A DNA stretch of 64,000 nt from Ferruginibacter sp. (GTDB lineage: Bacteria; Bacteroidota; Bacteroidia; Chitinophagales; Chitinophagaceae). Positions within the stretch are counted from its first letter, which is position 1. Each line of letters begins with the position of its first letter. A program made the translations under genes and the position numbers. The notes below the pieces were generated by a model. It searched no databases. It saw only the letters and a list, made by a program, of their open reading frames with translations, and was not told the origin of the DNA. This document shows positions 10,267 to 18,947 of this stretch, one piece after another. Where the stretch lies: assembly GCA_040882445.1 (NCBI GenBank), contig JBBEBH010000020.1, positions 43,023-107,022 of the forward strand, given 5' to 3'.

Positions 10267-10414
10267 GTTTTACTGGGATGTAAAGAAAAAAGGGGCCTTG
10301 ATAGAAATCAAAGCCCGTATTAATCCAATATCCTATGAAAAACCATTCTATAAACGATATAGGAGGAAGTTTTATTGCATTTGCTCCAAAAAAAGATTGA
10401 TAATCAATACAAAA

Positions 10415-10447
10415 TGCCTGAACGCTCTTTCCAGCGTTCAGGCATTT
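10415..10447. terminator. Bidirectional terminator between the convergent DUF1456 gene and lysC
   Basis: Perfect 12-bp stem tgcctgaacgct / agcgttcaggca with a 6-nt loop, A-run upstream and T-rich tract downstream. Confidence 0.8.
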
Positions 10448-10554
10448 AATATAAATTGATGATTGTTGGTAGATAGCTTACTTAAACCCAGATTTTGCAG
10501 TTAAAATCTATTATGGCTTCCAAACACTGCATGAAGCTATCGCAAAAAACTAGG

Positions 10555-11877
10555 TTATTCTAGTCCAAACAAGCCTTTGTTGAGCCTTTGTAAGGTTTGT
10601 TCTTTGTAACTTCTTGGAATCAGCAGAGAAATATTATGACTGCTACCTCCATAACTTACCATGCGAACTGGAACGTTGTTGATGGCTTCAAACAAGCGGT
10701 GCATGATGTGATCTGTTTCAGTGATCTCATTACCCACGATAGAGACGATGGTTTGGTTGGTGTCAATTTCCACAGTACCAAAAGCTTCCAGCTCTTTGGT
10801 AATTTCTTTAATAAAAATATTACTGTCTATCGTAACTGAAACAGCCACTTCTGAAGTAGTGATCATGTCAATAGACGTGCGGTATTTTTCAAATACTTCA
10901 AACACTCTTCTCAAAAAACCATAAGCTAGTAGCATACGACTACTTTTTATTTTGATAGCAGTAATGTTGTCTTTTGCGGCAACCGCTTTTACACCTGTGC
11001 TTCCGGCTTGTTCAGTAATCAGGGTGCCTTTTGCAGTAGGGTCCATTGTGTTGAGTAAACGAACAGGTACATTGTAAAACTGCGCTGGCCAAATGCTAGC
11101 TGGGTGAAGAATTTTGGCCCCGAAATAAGCTAGTTCTGCAGCTTCTTCAAAACTCAACTGTTCAATTGGCCTAGTAGTTTTCACTACCCTTGGATCGTTG
11201 TTGTGCATACCATCAATATCTGTCCAAATTTCGCATACGCTTGCATTAATTGCCGCAGCAATGAGCGAAGCGCTGTAATCACTACCGCCCCTTTTCAAAT
11301 TATCTACCTCCCCCTTTGCGTTTCTGGTGATATAACCCTGTGTTATAAAAATGCCTACCTCTTTGTTCTTTTGTAATATTTGTGCAAGTTTCACTTTAAT
11401 GGTGCCCACCTGTGGTTCGTCTTGATTGTCTAAACTCATAAAATCGAGTGCTGGAATCAGGCGGTGGTTAATGTTTATTTCTTCTAGATACAATGAAAAT
11501 AACTTGGTGCTTAGTAATTCTCCTTGCGCCAAAATATCTTTATTCAGCGCTTCGCTAAATGATATTTTTAGAATAATCGATAAAAACTCAAAATGTTCTG
11601 CTAAAATCGCCTTACCTTTTATAAGCATACTTTCTAACAGCAACAACTCTCCAATAAACTCTTGGTAATGTGCTTCGAGCAGCCTAATTTTTTCTTTTGC
11701 CGTATTGCGGTCATTGGTCGACAATGCCATACTGATTTCCGCTAACGCATTGGTAGTTCCACTCAAAGCACTCAGTACTACTATTTTAGGCTCATCTGTA
11801 TCAGTTACCAGTTGTGCTACTTCTTTCATCCTTTGCGGCTTACCCACGCTAGTACCTCCAAACTTCATTACTTTCAT
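10555..11877 (-). CDS. lysC: Aspartate kinase (monofunctional, with C-terminal ACT domains)
   Basis: 440 aa. MKVMKFGGTSVG start, GGSDYSA and TDIDGMHNNDPR kinase motifs, ACT-like C-terminus. Confidence 0.9.
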   Translation of the reverse strand: MKVMKFGGTSVGKPQRMKEVAQLVTDTDEPKIVVLSALSGTTNALAEISMALSTNDRNTAKEKIRLLEAHYQEFIGELLLLESMLIKGKAILAEHFEFLSIILKISFSEALNKDILAQGELLSTKLFSLYLEEININHRLIPALDFMSLDNQDEPQVGTIKVKLAQILQKNKEVGIFITQGYITRNAKGEVDNLKRGGSDYSASLIAAAINASVCEIWTDIDGMHNNDPRVVKTTRPIEQLSFEEAAELAYFGAKILHPASIWPAQFYNVPVRLLNTMDPTAKGTLITEQAGSTGVKAVAAKDNITAIKIKSSRMLLAYGFLRRVFEVFEKYRTSIDMITTSEVAVSVTIDSNIFIKEITKELEAFGTVEIDTNQTIVSIVGNEITETDHIMHRLFEAINNVPVRMVSYGGSSHNISLLIPRSYKEQTLQRLNKGLFGLE

Positions 11878-12077
11878 TTGCTCTCTCCCTTGTAAATTTT
11901 TTGAAATAGATAGTTGAAAAAATTTTTTTCCATCATTAACATGCAGTTCTAAAAAAATTCAGCAACCGCTGTACATAAATGAAAGCGGCGCAAAAATAAA
12001 CATTCCGCTGTTTATGATGATCAAAAATAATAATCGTTTAGTTAAACAGTATCTGAATTGTTTCTACATGCCCAAGA

Positions 12078-13154
12078 TTACAAACTCAGTTCAAATTTTT
12101 CAGATAGCAAATTCAAATCTTTCACCACTGGTTCCAGTAGTACAAAGCCTTCACTCATTCTAATAACTTCCATAGCTCTTTCTGGTTCACCCGGTATGAT
12201 GACTGATTGTTGACCCGAAATTGTTTTAGAACTACGAAACCTTCTAATCCATTGATCCATGTGTTGTTTAAATTCTTCTGCAGGCCTAAAGGCATCGATA
12301 CGCATGGCTCCAAAAAAATGACCAATTCCTTTACCAGGCATATTTTCGGGCATCGGAATATAGGCAGGAAATGGTGGTACCCATGGGCCATAGTTGGCGC
12401 CACTAAGGATAGCTGAAAAAATATCTACTATGCTTCCCAGCATATAACCTTTGTGACTTCCATGTTCTCGATCGCCCCCCAAAGGCAACAACGCACCACC
12501 TTGTTTTAATTCATTGGCATCGGTACTGCATTGCCCTTCTTTTGTTTGCACCCAACCTTGTGGCGTAGGTTCGTTTTTTCTTTGTAGTATTTCCAGTTTG
12601 CCATTGGCGGCGGTGGTAGTAGCAAAATCGGCCACAAAGGGCGGCTCAATTCCTGCCGGAATTGCAACGGCTATAGGGTTGGTTCCTAATAATTTTTCAA
12701 CTCCAAAAGTAGGTGCTACCAACGCCGAGGCATTCGTCATAGCGATACCAATCATATTATTGGGCAAAGCCATCATTGCATGATAGCCTGCAATTCCAAA
12801 ATGATTGCTATTTTGAACACTTACCCAACCCGTACCTACCTGCATTGCTTTGTTGATGGCCACTTGCATGGCTGCAGGCGCCACTACCAATCCTAATCCA
12901 GCATCTCCATCTATCACCGCTGTACTAGGCGTTTCGTGTGTAATGTGAATATTGGGCGTAGCATTTACCCTGCCTGCTTCCCACAATCTTACATAACCAC
13001 TTAGCCGGGCTACACCATGACTATCTACACCTCTTAGATCTGCACTTAGCAATACAGTTGAGGCTATAGCGGCATCAGCTGAACTACAACCGATTTTTAA
13101 AAATATATTCTTCGAAAACGCATAAAGCGTTTCGTAACTAAAATGCTGATCCAT
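12078..13154 (-). CDS. Ldh_2 family oxidoreductase (malate/L-lactate/ureidoglycolate/pipecolate-type dehydrogenase family 2)
   Basis: 358 aa. DLRGVDSHGV, NSNHFGIAGYH and HKGYMLG are typical of the Ldh_2 family. Confidence 0.85.
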   Translation of the reverse strand: MDQHFSYETLYAFSKNIFLKIGCSSADAAIASTVLLSADLRGVDSHGVARLSGYVRLWEAGRVNATPNIHITHETPSTAVIDGDAGLGLVVAPAAMQVAINKAMQVGTGWVSVQNSNHFGIAGYHAMMALPNNMIGIAMTNASALVAPTFGVEKLLGTNPIAVAIPAGIEPPFVADFATTTAANGKLEILQRKNEPTPQGWVQTKEGQCSTDANELKQGGALLPLGGDREHGSHKGYMLGSIVDIFSAILSGANYGPWVPPFPAYIPMPENMPGKGIGHFFGAMRIDAFRPAEEFKQHMDQWIRRFRSSKTISGQQSVIIPGEPERAMEVIRMSEGFVLLEPVVKDLNLLSEKFELSL

Positions 13155-13230
13155 ACAACGAAGATAACATCAAACACAGAGAACTAAAAAGCCACATCAA
13201 TTCATTGGTTGCTTAGTTCAAAGGTTTCCT

Positions 13231-13238
13231 TAAATTTG
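13231..13238 (+). promoter_or_regulatory. Candidate Bacteroidota -7 box TAAATTTG (TAnnTTTG)
   Basis: Exact consensus match in the divergent spacer, 143 nt upstream of the YebC-family ATG. Confidence 0.35.
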
Positions 13239-13381
13239 CATCCCGTTATCTACTAAAGTAAATATTGGAAAATGTTTCCTGCCAAATCTGATGGTGCTAG
13301 TTTTTGCTTCAACAGAAAATAAAATAATTTCCAACTAAAAATACTATCAAACTGTAATAACGAACTTAAAACACATCAGAC

Positions 13382-14092
13382 ATGGGAAGGATATTTGAAG
13401 TACGTAAAGGGGCTATGTTTGCCCGTTGGGATAAAATGGCCAAAGATTTTACCAGAATTGGTAAAGAGATCGCCATCGCTGTAAAAGCTGCTGGGCCAGA
13501 ACCCGACAATAACCCAGCCCTTCGCCGTTGTTATTTAAACGCCAAGGCCTGTAACATGCCCAAAGACCGTGTAGAAGCGGCCATAAAAAGGGCCATGGGT
13601 AAAGATACCAGCAACTATGAAGAAATTACTTACGAAGGATATGCACCTCATGGTGTAGCAGTTTTGGTAGAAACAGCCACCGACAACCCCACCAGAACAG
13701 TAGCCAACGTGCGCATGCATTTTACCAAAGCACATGGTGCATTGGGTACCAGTGGTTCTGTAGCATTTACGTTTAACCGTTTGGGAGAGTTTAAAATTAA
13801 AAATACCGGCCAGGATCTCGAAGAGCTAGAACTAGAGCTCATTGATTATGGTTTAGAAGAAATTGGTGAAAACAGCGAAGGACAGATCATTATCCGAACG
13901 GCTTTTAATGAGTTTGGAAATATGAATAAAGCACTCGAAGAAAAAGGAATCGAAGTAATTACTGCAGAACTTACCCGCATACCATCCAACACCGTAGAAC
14001 TGGGCGAAGAAGAAGCCAACGACGTATTAAAAATGGTAGATAAACTGGAGCAAGATGAAGATGTACAGAAAGTTTATTACAACCTCAAATAA
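13382..14092 (+). CDS. YebC/PmpR family DNA-binding transcriptional regulator
   Basis: 236 aa. [21 protein letters not shown]... and [17 protein letters not shown] are typical of the family. Confidence 0.95.
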   Translation: MGRIFEVRKGAMFARWDKMAKDFTRIGKEIAIAVKAAGPEPDNNPALRRCYLNAKACNMPKDRVEAAIKRAMGKDTSNYEEITYEGYAPHGVAVLVETATDNPTRTVANVRMHFTKAHGALGTSGSVAFTFNRLGEFKIKNTGQDLEELELELIDYGLEEIGENSEGQIIIRTAFNEFGNMNKALEEKGIEVITAELTRIPSNTVELGEEEANDVLKMVDKLEQDEDVQKVYYNLK

Positions 14093-14095
14093 TGT

Positions 14096-14127
14096 AAAAG
14101 CCCAGTTGATGAAAACGGGGCTTTTTT
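14096..14127. terminator. Bidirectional terminator between the YebC-family gene and the convergent dodecin gene
   Basis: aaaagccc ... gggctttttt hairpin flanked by A- and T-runs on both sides. Confidence 0.6.
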
Positions 14128-14140
14128 AAAAAAATACTGC

Positions 14141-14341
14141 TTAATCGAGGCGGAAAGATACATTGCAAACCACACCATAAGTGGTTACTTTTCCATCTTT
14201 TACATGGGCTTTGATATCTTTCACATAAACAGAATCAATGTTGCGCACTGTTTTAGAAGCTTCTGCAACCGCTTGTTCAATGGCATGTTCAATGCCTTTT
14301 TCCGACGACGAAATCAGTTCAATTACTTTAACTACACTCAT
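14141..14341 (-). CDS. Dodecin family flavin-binding protein
   Basis: 66 aa. VVKVIELISSSEKGIEHAIEQAV...V and the size are typical of dodecins. Confidence 0.7.
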   Translation of the reverse strand: MSVVKVIELISSSEKGIEHAIEQAVAEASKTVRNIDSVYVKDIKAHVKDGKVTTYGVVCNVSFRLD

Positions 14342-14429
14342 GAGAATTAATTTAAAGGTTACAAATTGGGTTTGAACATTAAATTAAACAAAATTTATCA
14401 TTTTTTCAGATAAATAGTAGGCCAAGGTT

Positions 14430-16808
14430 TTATTCAGCCATCATTTCTTTCACTACCCTGATCACATCCTCGGTATTTGGTTTGGCAAAATAGTCGCCAT
14501 CACTACCATAGCCTGGTCGGTGGGCTTTTGCCGTCAATGTACGTGGAGCAGTATCCAAGTATTTGTACCCATTCTGTTCTTCCATTACTTTATTGTACAT
14601 ATAAGAAGCCGCACCACCTGGTACATCTTCATCCACAAACAATATTCTGCTTGTTTTTTTAAGAGACGCTACTATACAGTGTTGGATATCAAATGGCAAT
14701 AAAGTTTGCACGTCTATCACTTCACAGTGAATACCTTGTTTGCTTAAAAATTTTACTGCTTCCTCTACGATGCGTAAAGTAGAGCCATAACTTACAATGG
14801 TAATATCATCTCCTTCGGTTAAAACCTCTGGAACACCTAGTGAAACTGAAAAAGCCAGCAAATTTGAAGGTAGCTTTTCTTTCAAACGATATCCGTTCAA
14901 ACATTCGATCACCAATCCGGGATCGTTGGCCTGTAACAAAGTATTGTACATCCCAACTGCTTGCGTCATGTTTCGGGGCACACATACATACATTCCTCTC
15001 AAAGCATGAATGATCATACCCATAGGAGAACCACTATGCCAGATGCCCTCTAAACGGTGGCCTCGGGTGCGAACAATTAATGGTACCGATTGTTGACCAG
15101 CAGTTCTAAAATGAGTGGTAGATACATCATCACTCAAGGGTTGCAAGCCGTATAAAAGGTAGTCGAGGTATTGTATTTCTGCAATCGGTCTTAACCCACG
15201 CAATGCCATCCCAATTCCTTGCCCCATAATGGTGAGTTCGCGTATACCAGTATCAAAAATGCGCTGGTCACCATATTTTTCTTGTAGCCCACTAAAACCT
15301 TGGTTTACATCACCTATAAAACCGAGGTCTTCTCCAAATGCTGCTACTGTAGGATTACTGGCAAACAACTGGTCAAAGTAGTGATTCAATACTTCAGATC
15401 CATTTACGGTGGGTGTTTCTTCTTTATAGTATACTGGGATCGCTGGTACTTTTAAGGCTGATTTAGGTCCTTCATTATACAGAAAACTGTTAAACAGTTT
15501 TTCACTTTCCTCTTTTAAAGAATGATAATAATGTTCAATGGTGGGCGCTGATTGGGGAGGTACCGACTGTAAAGCATTAAACAAAGTTTTTAAAATATCT
15601 CTTCGAATAGGATCTCGTAAAGCCAGCAGTTCAAGGCGGTATTGCTCCAATAAAGGATGCTGTTCTGATGCAGCATTGAGTAATGAAACCGCTTCTGCTA
15701 ACCTATTTTTAATGGGCTGCATGTATTTATCCCATGCCTTTTGTCTGCTTTCTTTTACGTGTAGTACTGCTTTTTCTTCAATCACCACCAATTCTTCTTC
15801 CTCTGCCAGCGCATTTTCTAATAACCAATCCCTCATTTGCTTCATGCAGTCCCATTCTTTTTCCCAACTCAATCGCTCGGCTGTTTTATAGCGCTCATGA
15901 CTACCCGAAGTAGAATGCCCCTGTGGCTGAGTGATTTCTTCAACATGAAACAAAGCAGGAATATGGGTATCCCTTATTTTCTGAATAGCTGCCTCTAGCA
16001 CTTCTATCATACCAGCATAGTCCCAGCCCTTCAACTTATAAATATCTATTCCATTAGAATCTGCTTGATGTTGCATACCAGCTAAAGCCTCTGAGATAGA
16101 ATCTTTGGTAGTTTGGTATTTTTTAGGTACTGAAATGCCATATCCATCATCCCAAACAAATGCAGCCAAAGGCACTTGTAAAACACCGGCAGCGTTGATG
16201 GATTCCCAAAAATGTCCTTCGCTGGTGGAGGCGTCGCCAATTGTAGTAAAAGATATCTCATTGCCATTGTTGCTCAGTTCGGAAAATGCTTTTAATTCGG
16301 GTACATTTCTAAACATTTTAGAAGCAAAAGCAAGGCCAAGACCTCTCGGCATTTGTCCGGCAGTAGGAGCAATATCACTAGAAACATTTTTAAGCTGGCT
16401 CAACGGTAACCAGTTACCTTCTTCATCTACCATTTTAGTGGCAAAATGATTGTTCATTTGCCTACCTCCGCTAAATGGCTCATTGTTAACATCCGAATCT
16501 GCATATAATTGTGCAAAAAACTGCTCAACAGTTGCTAATCCGCTGGCGAACATAAATGTTTGATCTCTATAATAGCCAGACCTGAAATCGCCAGGCATGA
16601 AAAATTTAGCCATTGCCAATTGAGCCACTTCCTTTCCATCCCCAAAAATGCCAAATTTAGCTTTCCCCGTCAATACCTCTTTTCTTCCTATTAAACTAGA
16701 TTCTCTGCTTTCACAGGCGATCTTATAATCTCTCAAAACTTCTTTTCTGAAGTTATCAAAACTCAATTTTTCAGCCAACGCAGCTTCTGTGTTTTGTAGT
16801 GTATCCAT
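14430..16808 (-). CDS. Fused alpha/beta E1 component of a 2-oxoacid (branched-chain type) dehydrogenase, TPP-dependent
   Basis: 792 aa. TPP motif IGDASTSEGHFWESINAAG in the N-half and a transketolase-like pyrimidine-binding/C-terminal domain in the C-half. Confidence 0.85.
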   Translation of the reverse strand: MDTLQNTEAALAEKLSFDNFRKEVLRDYKIACESRESSLIGRKEVLTGKAKFGIFGDGKEVAQLAMAKFFMPGDFRSGYYRDQTFMFASGLATVEQFFAQLYADSDVNNEPFSGGRQMNNHFATKMVDEEGNWLPLSQLKNVSSDIAPTAGQMPRGLGLAFASKMFRNVPELKAFSELSNNGNEISFTTIGDASTSEGHFWESINAAGVLQVPLAAFVWDDGYGISVPKKYQTTKDSISEALAGMQHQADSNGIDIYKLKGWDYAGMIEVLEAAIQKIRDTHIPALFHVEEITQPQGHSTSGSHERYKTAERLSWEKEWDCMKQMRDWLLENALAEEEELVVIEEKAVLHVKESRQKAWDKYMQPIKNRLAEAVSLLNAASEQHPLLEQYRLELLALRDPIRRDILKTLFNALQSVPPQSAPTIEHYYHSLKEESEKLFNSFLYNEGPKSALKVPAIPVYYKEETPTVNGSEVLNHYFDQLFASNPTVAAFGEDLGFIGDVNQGFSGLQEKYGDQRIFDTGIRELTIMGQGIGMALRGLRPIAEIQYLDYLLYGLQPLSDDVSTTHFRTAGQQSVPLIVRTRGHRLEGIWHSGSPMGMIIHALRGMYVCVPRNMTQAVGMYNTLLQANDPGLVIECLNGYRLKEKLPSNLLAFSVSLGVPEVLTEGDDITIVSYGSTLRIVEEAVKFLSKQGIHCEVIDVQTLLPFDIQHCIVASLKKTSRILFVDEDVPGGAASYMYNKVMEEQNGYKYLDTAPRTLTAKAHRPGYGSDGDYFAKPNTEDVIRVVKEMMAE

Positions 16809-16824
16809 AAAGCAAAAGTTAGGG

Positions 16825-16832
16825 CAAAAGTA
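16825..16832 (-). promoter_or_regulatory. Candidate -7 box TACTTTTG (minus strand) for the E1 gene
   Basis: TAnnTTTG match ending 16 nt upstream of the ATG at 16808. Confidence 0.5.
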
Positions 16833-16903
16833 TTGAATTTGTCCCTCTTTGTTAAATTAATGAGGAATCTGATAACAATTTAATATCTATTCCAACGTTT
16901 TAT

Positions 16904-16911
16904 TATCTTTG
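16904..16911 (+). promoter_or_regulatory. Candidate -7 box TATCTTTG for the DUF1573 tandem
   Basis: TAnnTTTG match ending 15 nt upstream of the ATG at 16927. Confidence 0.5.
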
Positions 16912-16926
16912 GTATCCAATTTTAAA

Positions 16927-17433
16927 ATGAAAAAAATGAAAAAAATAATTATTTCCTCCGCATTTGTTTGTTGCTCTATGTTGATGTATGCTCAGCACGA
17001 GGGCCACAACCATTCAACACCTGCTGTAGAAAATGTAAAAACTAACCCTACGGTTGAAACCGCAAAAATTACTCCGGCATTGGAGGCGTTGGTTGTAAAA
17101 TCGCCTGAACATGATTTTGGAAAAATTGCACAAGGTAAACCAGTAACTTATGTATTTGATGTTACCAATGGAAGTAAAGCTCCCTTAAAAATCGAAAATG
17201 TACAAGCCTCTTGTGGGTGTACAACACCTGAGTGGGAAAAAGAAAAAGCCATTGAGCCAGGTTCTAATTCAAAAATTACCGTGGGTTACAATGCGGCAGC
17301 TGAAGGTCCTTTTAATAAAACCATTACCATTTCTTATAACGGCGGTCAAACCAAAGTGCTAACCATCAAAGGCGAAGTATTTAAAACACCCGCTGCAAGT
17401 GCCCCAATCAACGGCGCCATCAACGATCTATAA
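16927..17433 (+). CDS. DUF1573 domain-containing secreted protein
   Basis: Start moved to the ATG giving signal peptide MKKMKKIIISSAFVCCSMLMYAQ. DUF1573 hallmark ASCGCTTPEW. Confidence 0.85.
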   Translation: MKKMKKIIISSAFVCCSMLMYAQHEGHNHSTPAVENVKTNPTVETAKITPALEALVVKSPEHDFGKIAQGKPVTYVFDVTNGSKAPLKIENVQASCGCTTPEWEKEKAIEPGSNSKITVGYNAAAEGPFNKTITISYNGGQTKVLTIKGEVFKTPAASAPINGAINDL

Positions 17434-17455
17434 TTCACCCAAAAAACTAAGCAAT

Positions 17456-17836
17456 ATGAAAAAAATAATCTTTACACTCGCTGCTTTTATGATTACATCT
17501 GCAGCAGTAGCACAAAAGAAAGTAGATGATGTGGTTAAATTTACATCAGAAACCATCAACCTAGGTAAACTGAAAGTTGGAAACCCAACTACCGCTACAT
17601 TTGAAATAACCAATATTGGTATTGAGCCCTTGATCATTGAAACGGCTAACCCAACATGTGGTTGCACAATTGGTGATTACACCAAAGCTCCCATCATGAA
17701 AGGAAAGCAAGGTAAAATTACAGCTACCTATAATGCAGCTGCTGTTGGTCCTTTTACCAAAACTATGACAGTAAAATTTGCTGGCATTGATGAGGTTAAG
17801 AGTATTACCATCACTGGCGAGGTAATAAGCGATTAA
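17456..17836 (+). CDS. DUF1573 domain-containing secreted protein (tandem paralog)
   Basis: Start moved to the ATG giving MKKIIFTLAAFMITSAAVAQ. Hallmark PTCGCTIGDY. Begins 22 nt after the previous stop codon. Confidence 0.85.
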   Translation: MKKIIFTLAAFMITSAAVAQKKVDDVVKFTSETINLGKLKVGNPTTATFEITNIGIEPLIIETANPTCGCTIGDYTKAPIMKGKQGKITATYNAAAVGPFTKTMTVKFAGIDEVKSITITGEVISD

Positions 17837-17920
17837 TTATACTACAATAGCTCAGTATCCTTCTACTACCAACACATTCAAAAGGTAATGGTTTCTGACT
17901 ATGTCATTTAGAAATAATTA

Positions 17921-17950
17921 AAAAACTCCGGTTGAATCCGGAGTTTTTTA
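17921..17950 (+). terminator. Rho-independent terminator after the DUF1573 pair
   Basis: aaaaactccgg ttgaat ccggagtttttt. Confidence 0.8.
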
Positions 17951-17966
17951 TTGTAAATAATCTATT

Positions 17967-18854
17967 ATGTTCGCAGATGCCATCGAAAAATCAGCCAGTT
18001 TTACACGAGCTGTTCACAGTATCATAAGAAGCTATGGAGGTAAACAAATTATAACAAGCGCTTCTACTTTGTTTTTTGTGAATGAAGAAGGATGCGCTGT
18101 TACCTGCAAACACGTAGCAGAAATGTTGTTGTCTGCTGATAAGATAAATCAACAATATATTGCATTTAAAAAAGAAAGAGATGCCATCAAAAATAATTCA
18201 AAGTTTAAACAGTTGTTGAAAGGCCTTGAATTGAAATACCAGTTAAAGTCAACTTCCCCCATACAAATAAAAAATAATTTTGTAGACTGTGTAGATGCTA
18301 TGTCGAGCTTCGATGTAATATTGCACCCAAGCCTCGATTTGGCCATCGTTCGTTTCAAAGGATTTCAGCAGCTACATTACAAAGGATTTGCTTACTTCAT
18401 CAAGGATGAAAAATTAATTCAACAAGGCAAATTCTTGTGCAGACTTGGATTTCCGTTTCCTGAATTCACCAACTTTAATTTCAACGAGGCATTAGACGAT
18501 ATTGAGTGGAACCAAACTGGCGTAAATGTTTCTCCTCGATTTCCGATAGAAGGAATGATCACTCGTTTTTTGGCAGATTCTACCCATAACATTTACGGTA
18601 TTGAAATGAGTACGCCGGGATTGCGTGGACAAAGTGGAGGTCCACTATTCGACGACCAAGGGTTAGTGTATGGGATGCAGTTTAGCACCAAACACCTGCA
18701 CCTAGGTTTTGATATTGTAGACAAAGAGTTGATGGTAGATGGACAATTAAAAAAAGTGAGTGACTATTCTTTTATACATTTAGGTCAGTGTATTCATGTA
18801 AGCACCATCAAGTCTTTTTTACAACAACATAGTATAAAATACTATGAAGCTTAA
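17967..18854 (+). CDS. Trypsin-like (S1/chymotrypsin fold) serine peptidase, no signal peptide
   Basis: 295 aa. Candidate triad His in AVTCKHV, Asp in LDLAIV and Ser in GLRGQSGGPLFD (GxSGGP). N-terminus is hydrophilic. Confidence 0.7.
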   Translation: MFADAIEKSASFTRAVHSIIRSYGGKQIITSASTLFFVNEEGCAVTCKHVAEMLLSADKINQQYIAFKKERDAIKNNSKFKQLLKGLELKYQLKSTSPIQIKNNFVDCVDAMSSFDVILHPSLDLAIVRFKGFQQLHYKGFAYFIKDEKLIQQGKFLCRLGFPFPEFTNFNFNEALDDIEWNQTGVNVSPRFPIEGMITRFLADSTHNIYGIEMSTPGLRGQSGGPLFDDQGLVYGMQFSTKHLHLGFDIVDKELMVDGQLKKVSDYSFIHLGQCIHVSTIKSFLQQHSIKYYEA

Positions 18855-18935
18855 ACAAAAATACTTGTATCCCCGCTACTATTAAAAGGGTTAGAATTAC
18901 CTTTAAAACTAGGGCTGTTATTCGACATCAATAAT

Positions 18936-18943
18936 TATCTTTG
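18936..18943 (+). promoter_or_regulatory. Candidate -7 box TATCTTTG only 4 nt before the aminotransferase ATG
   Basis: Exact TAnnTTTG match. The spacing implies a leaderless or near-leaderless mRNA. Confidence 0.45.
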
Positions 18944-18947
18944 CGGC

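Noticed and set aside
10250-10459. 69-aa basic ORF in the convergent spacer after the DUF1456 gene.
   Set aside because: It spans two strong hairpins, including the bidirectional terminator. It overlaps the upstream gene's end and has an implausible composition. It is most likely non-coding.
11951-12009. Attenuator or riboswitch upstream of lysC. The element ccgct could pair with either of two agcgg elements, followed by a U-run on the minus strand.
   Set aside because: The stems are only 5-6 bp, and the U-run starts 8 nt after the stem. No L-box (lysine riboswitch) conserved core is visible. The only mini-ORF (MFIFAPLSFMYSGC) has no Lys or Thr codons. It may simply be a weak terminator of the upstream gene.
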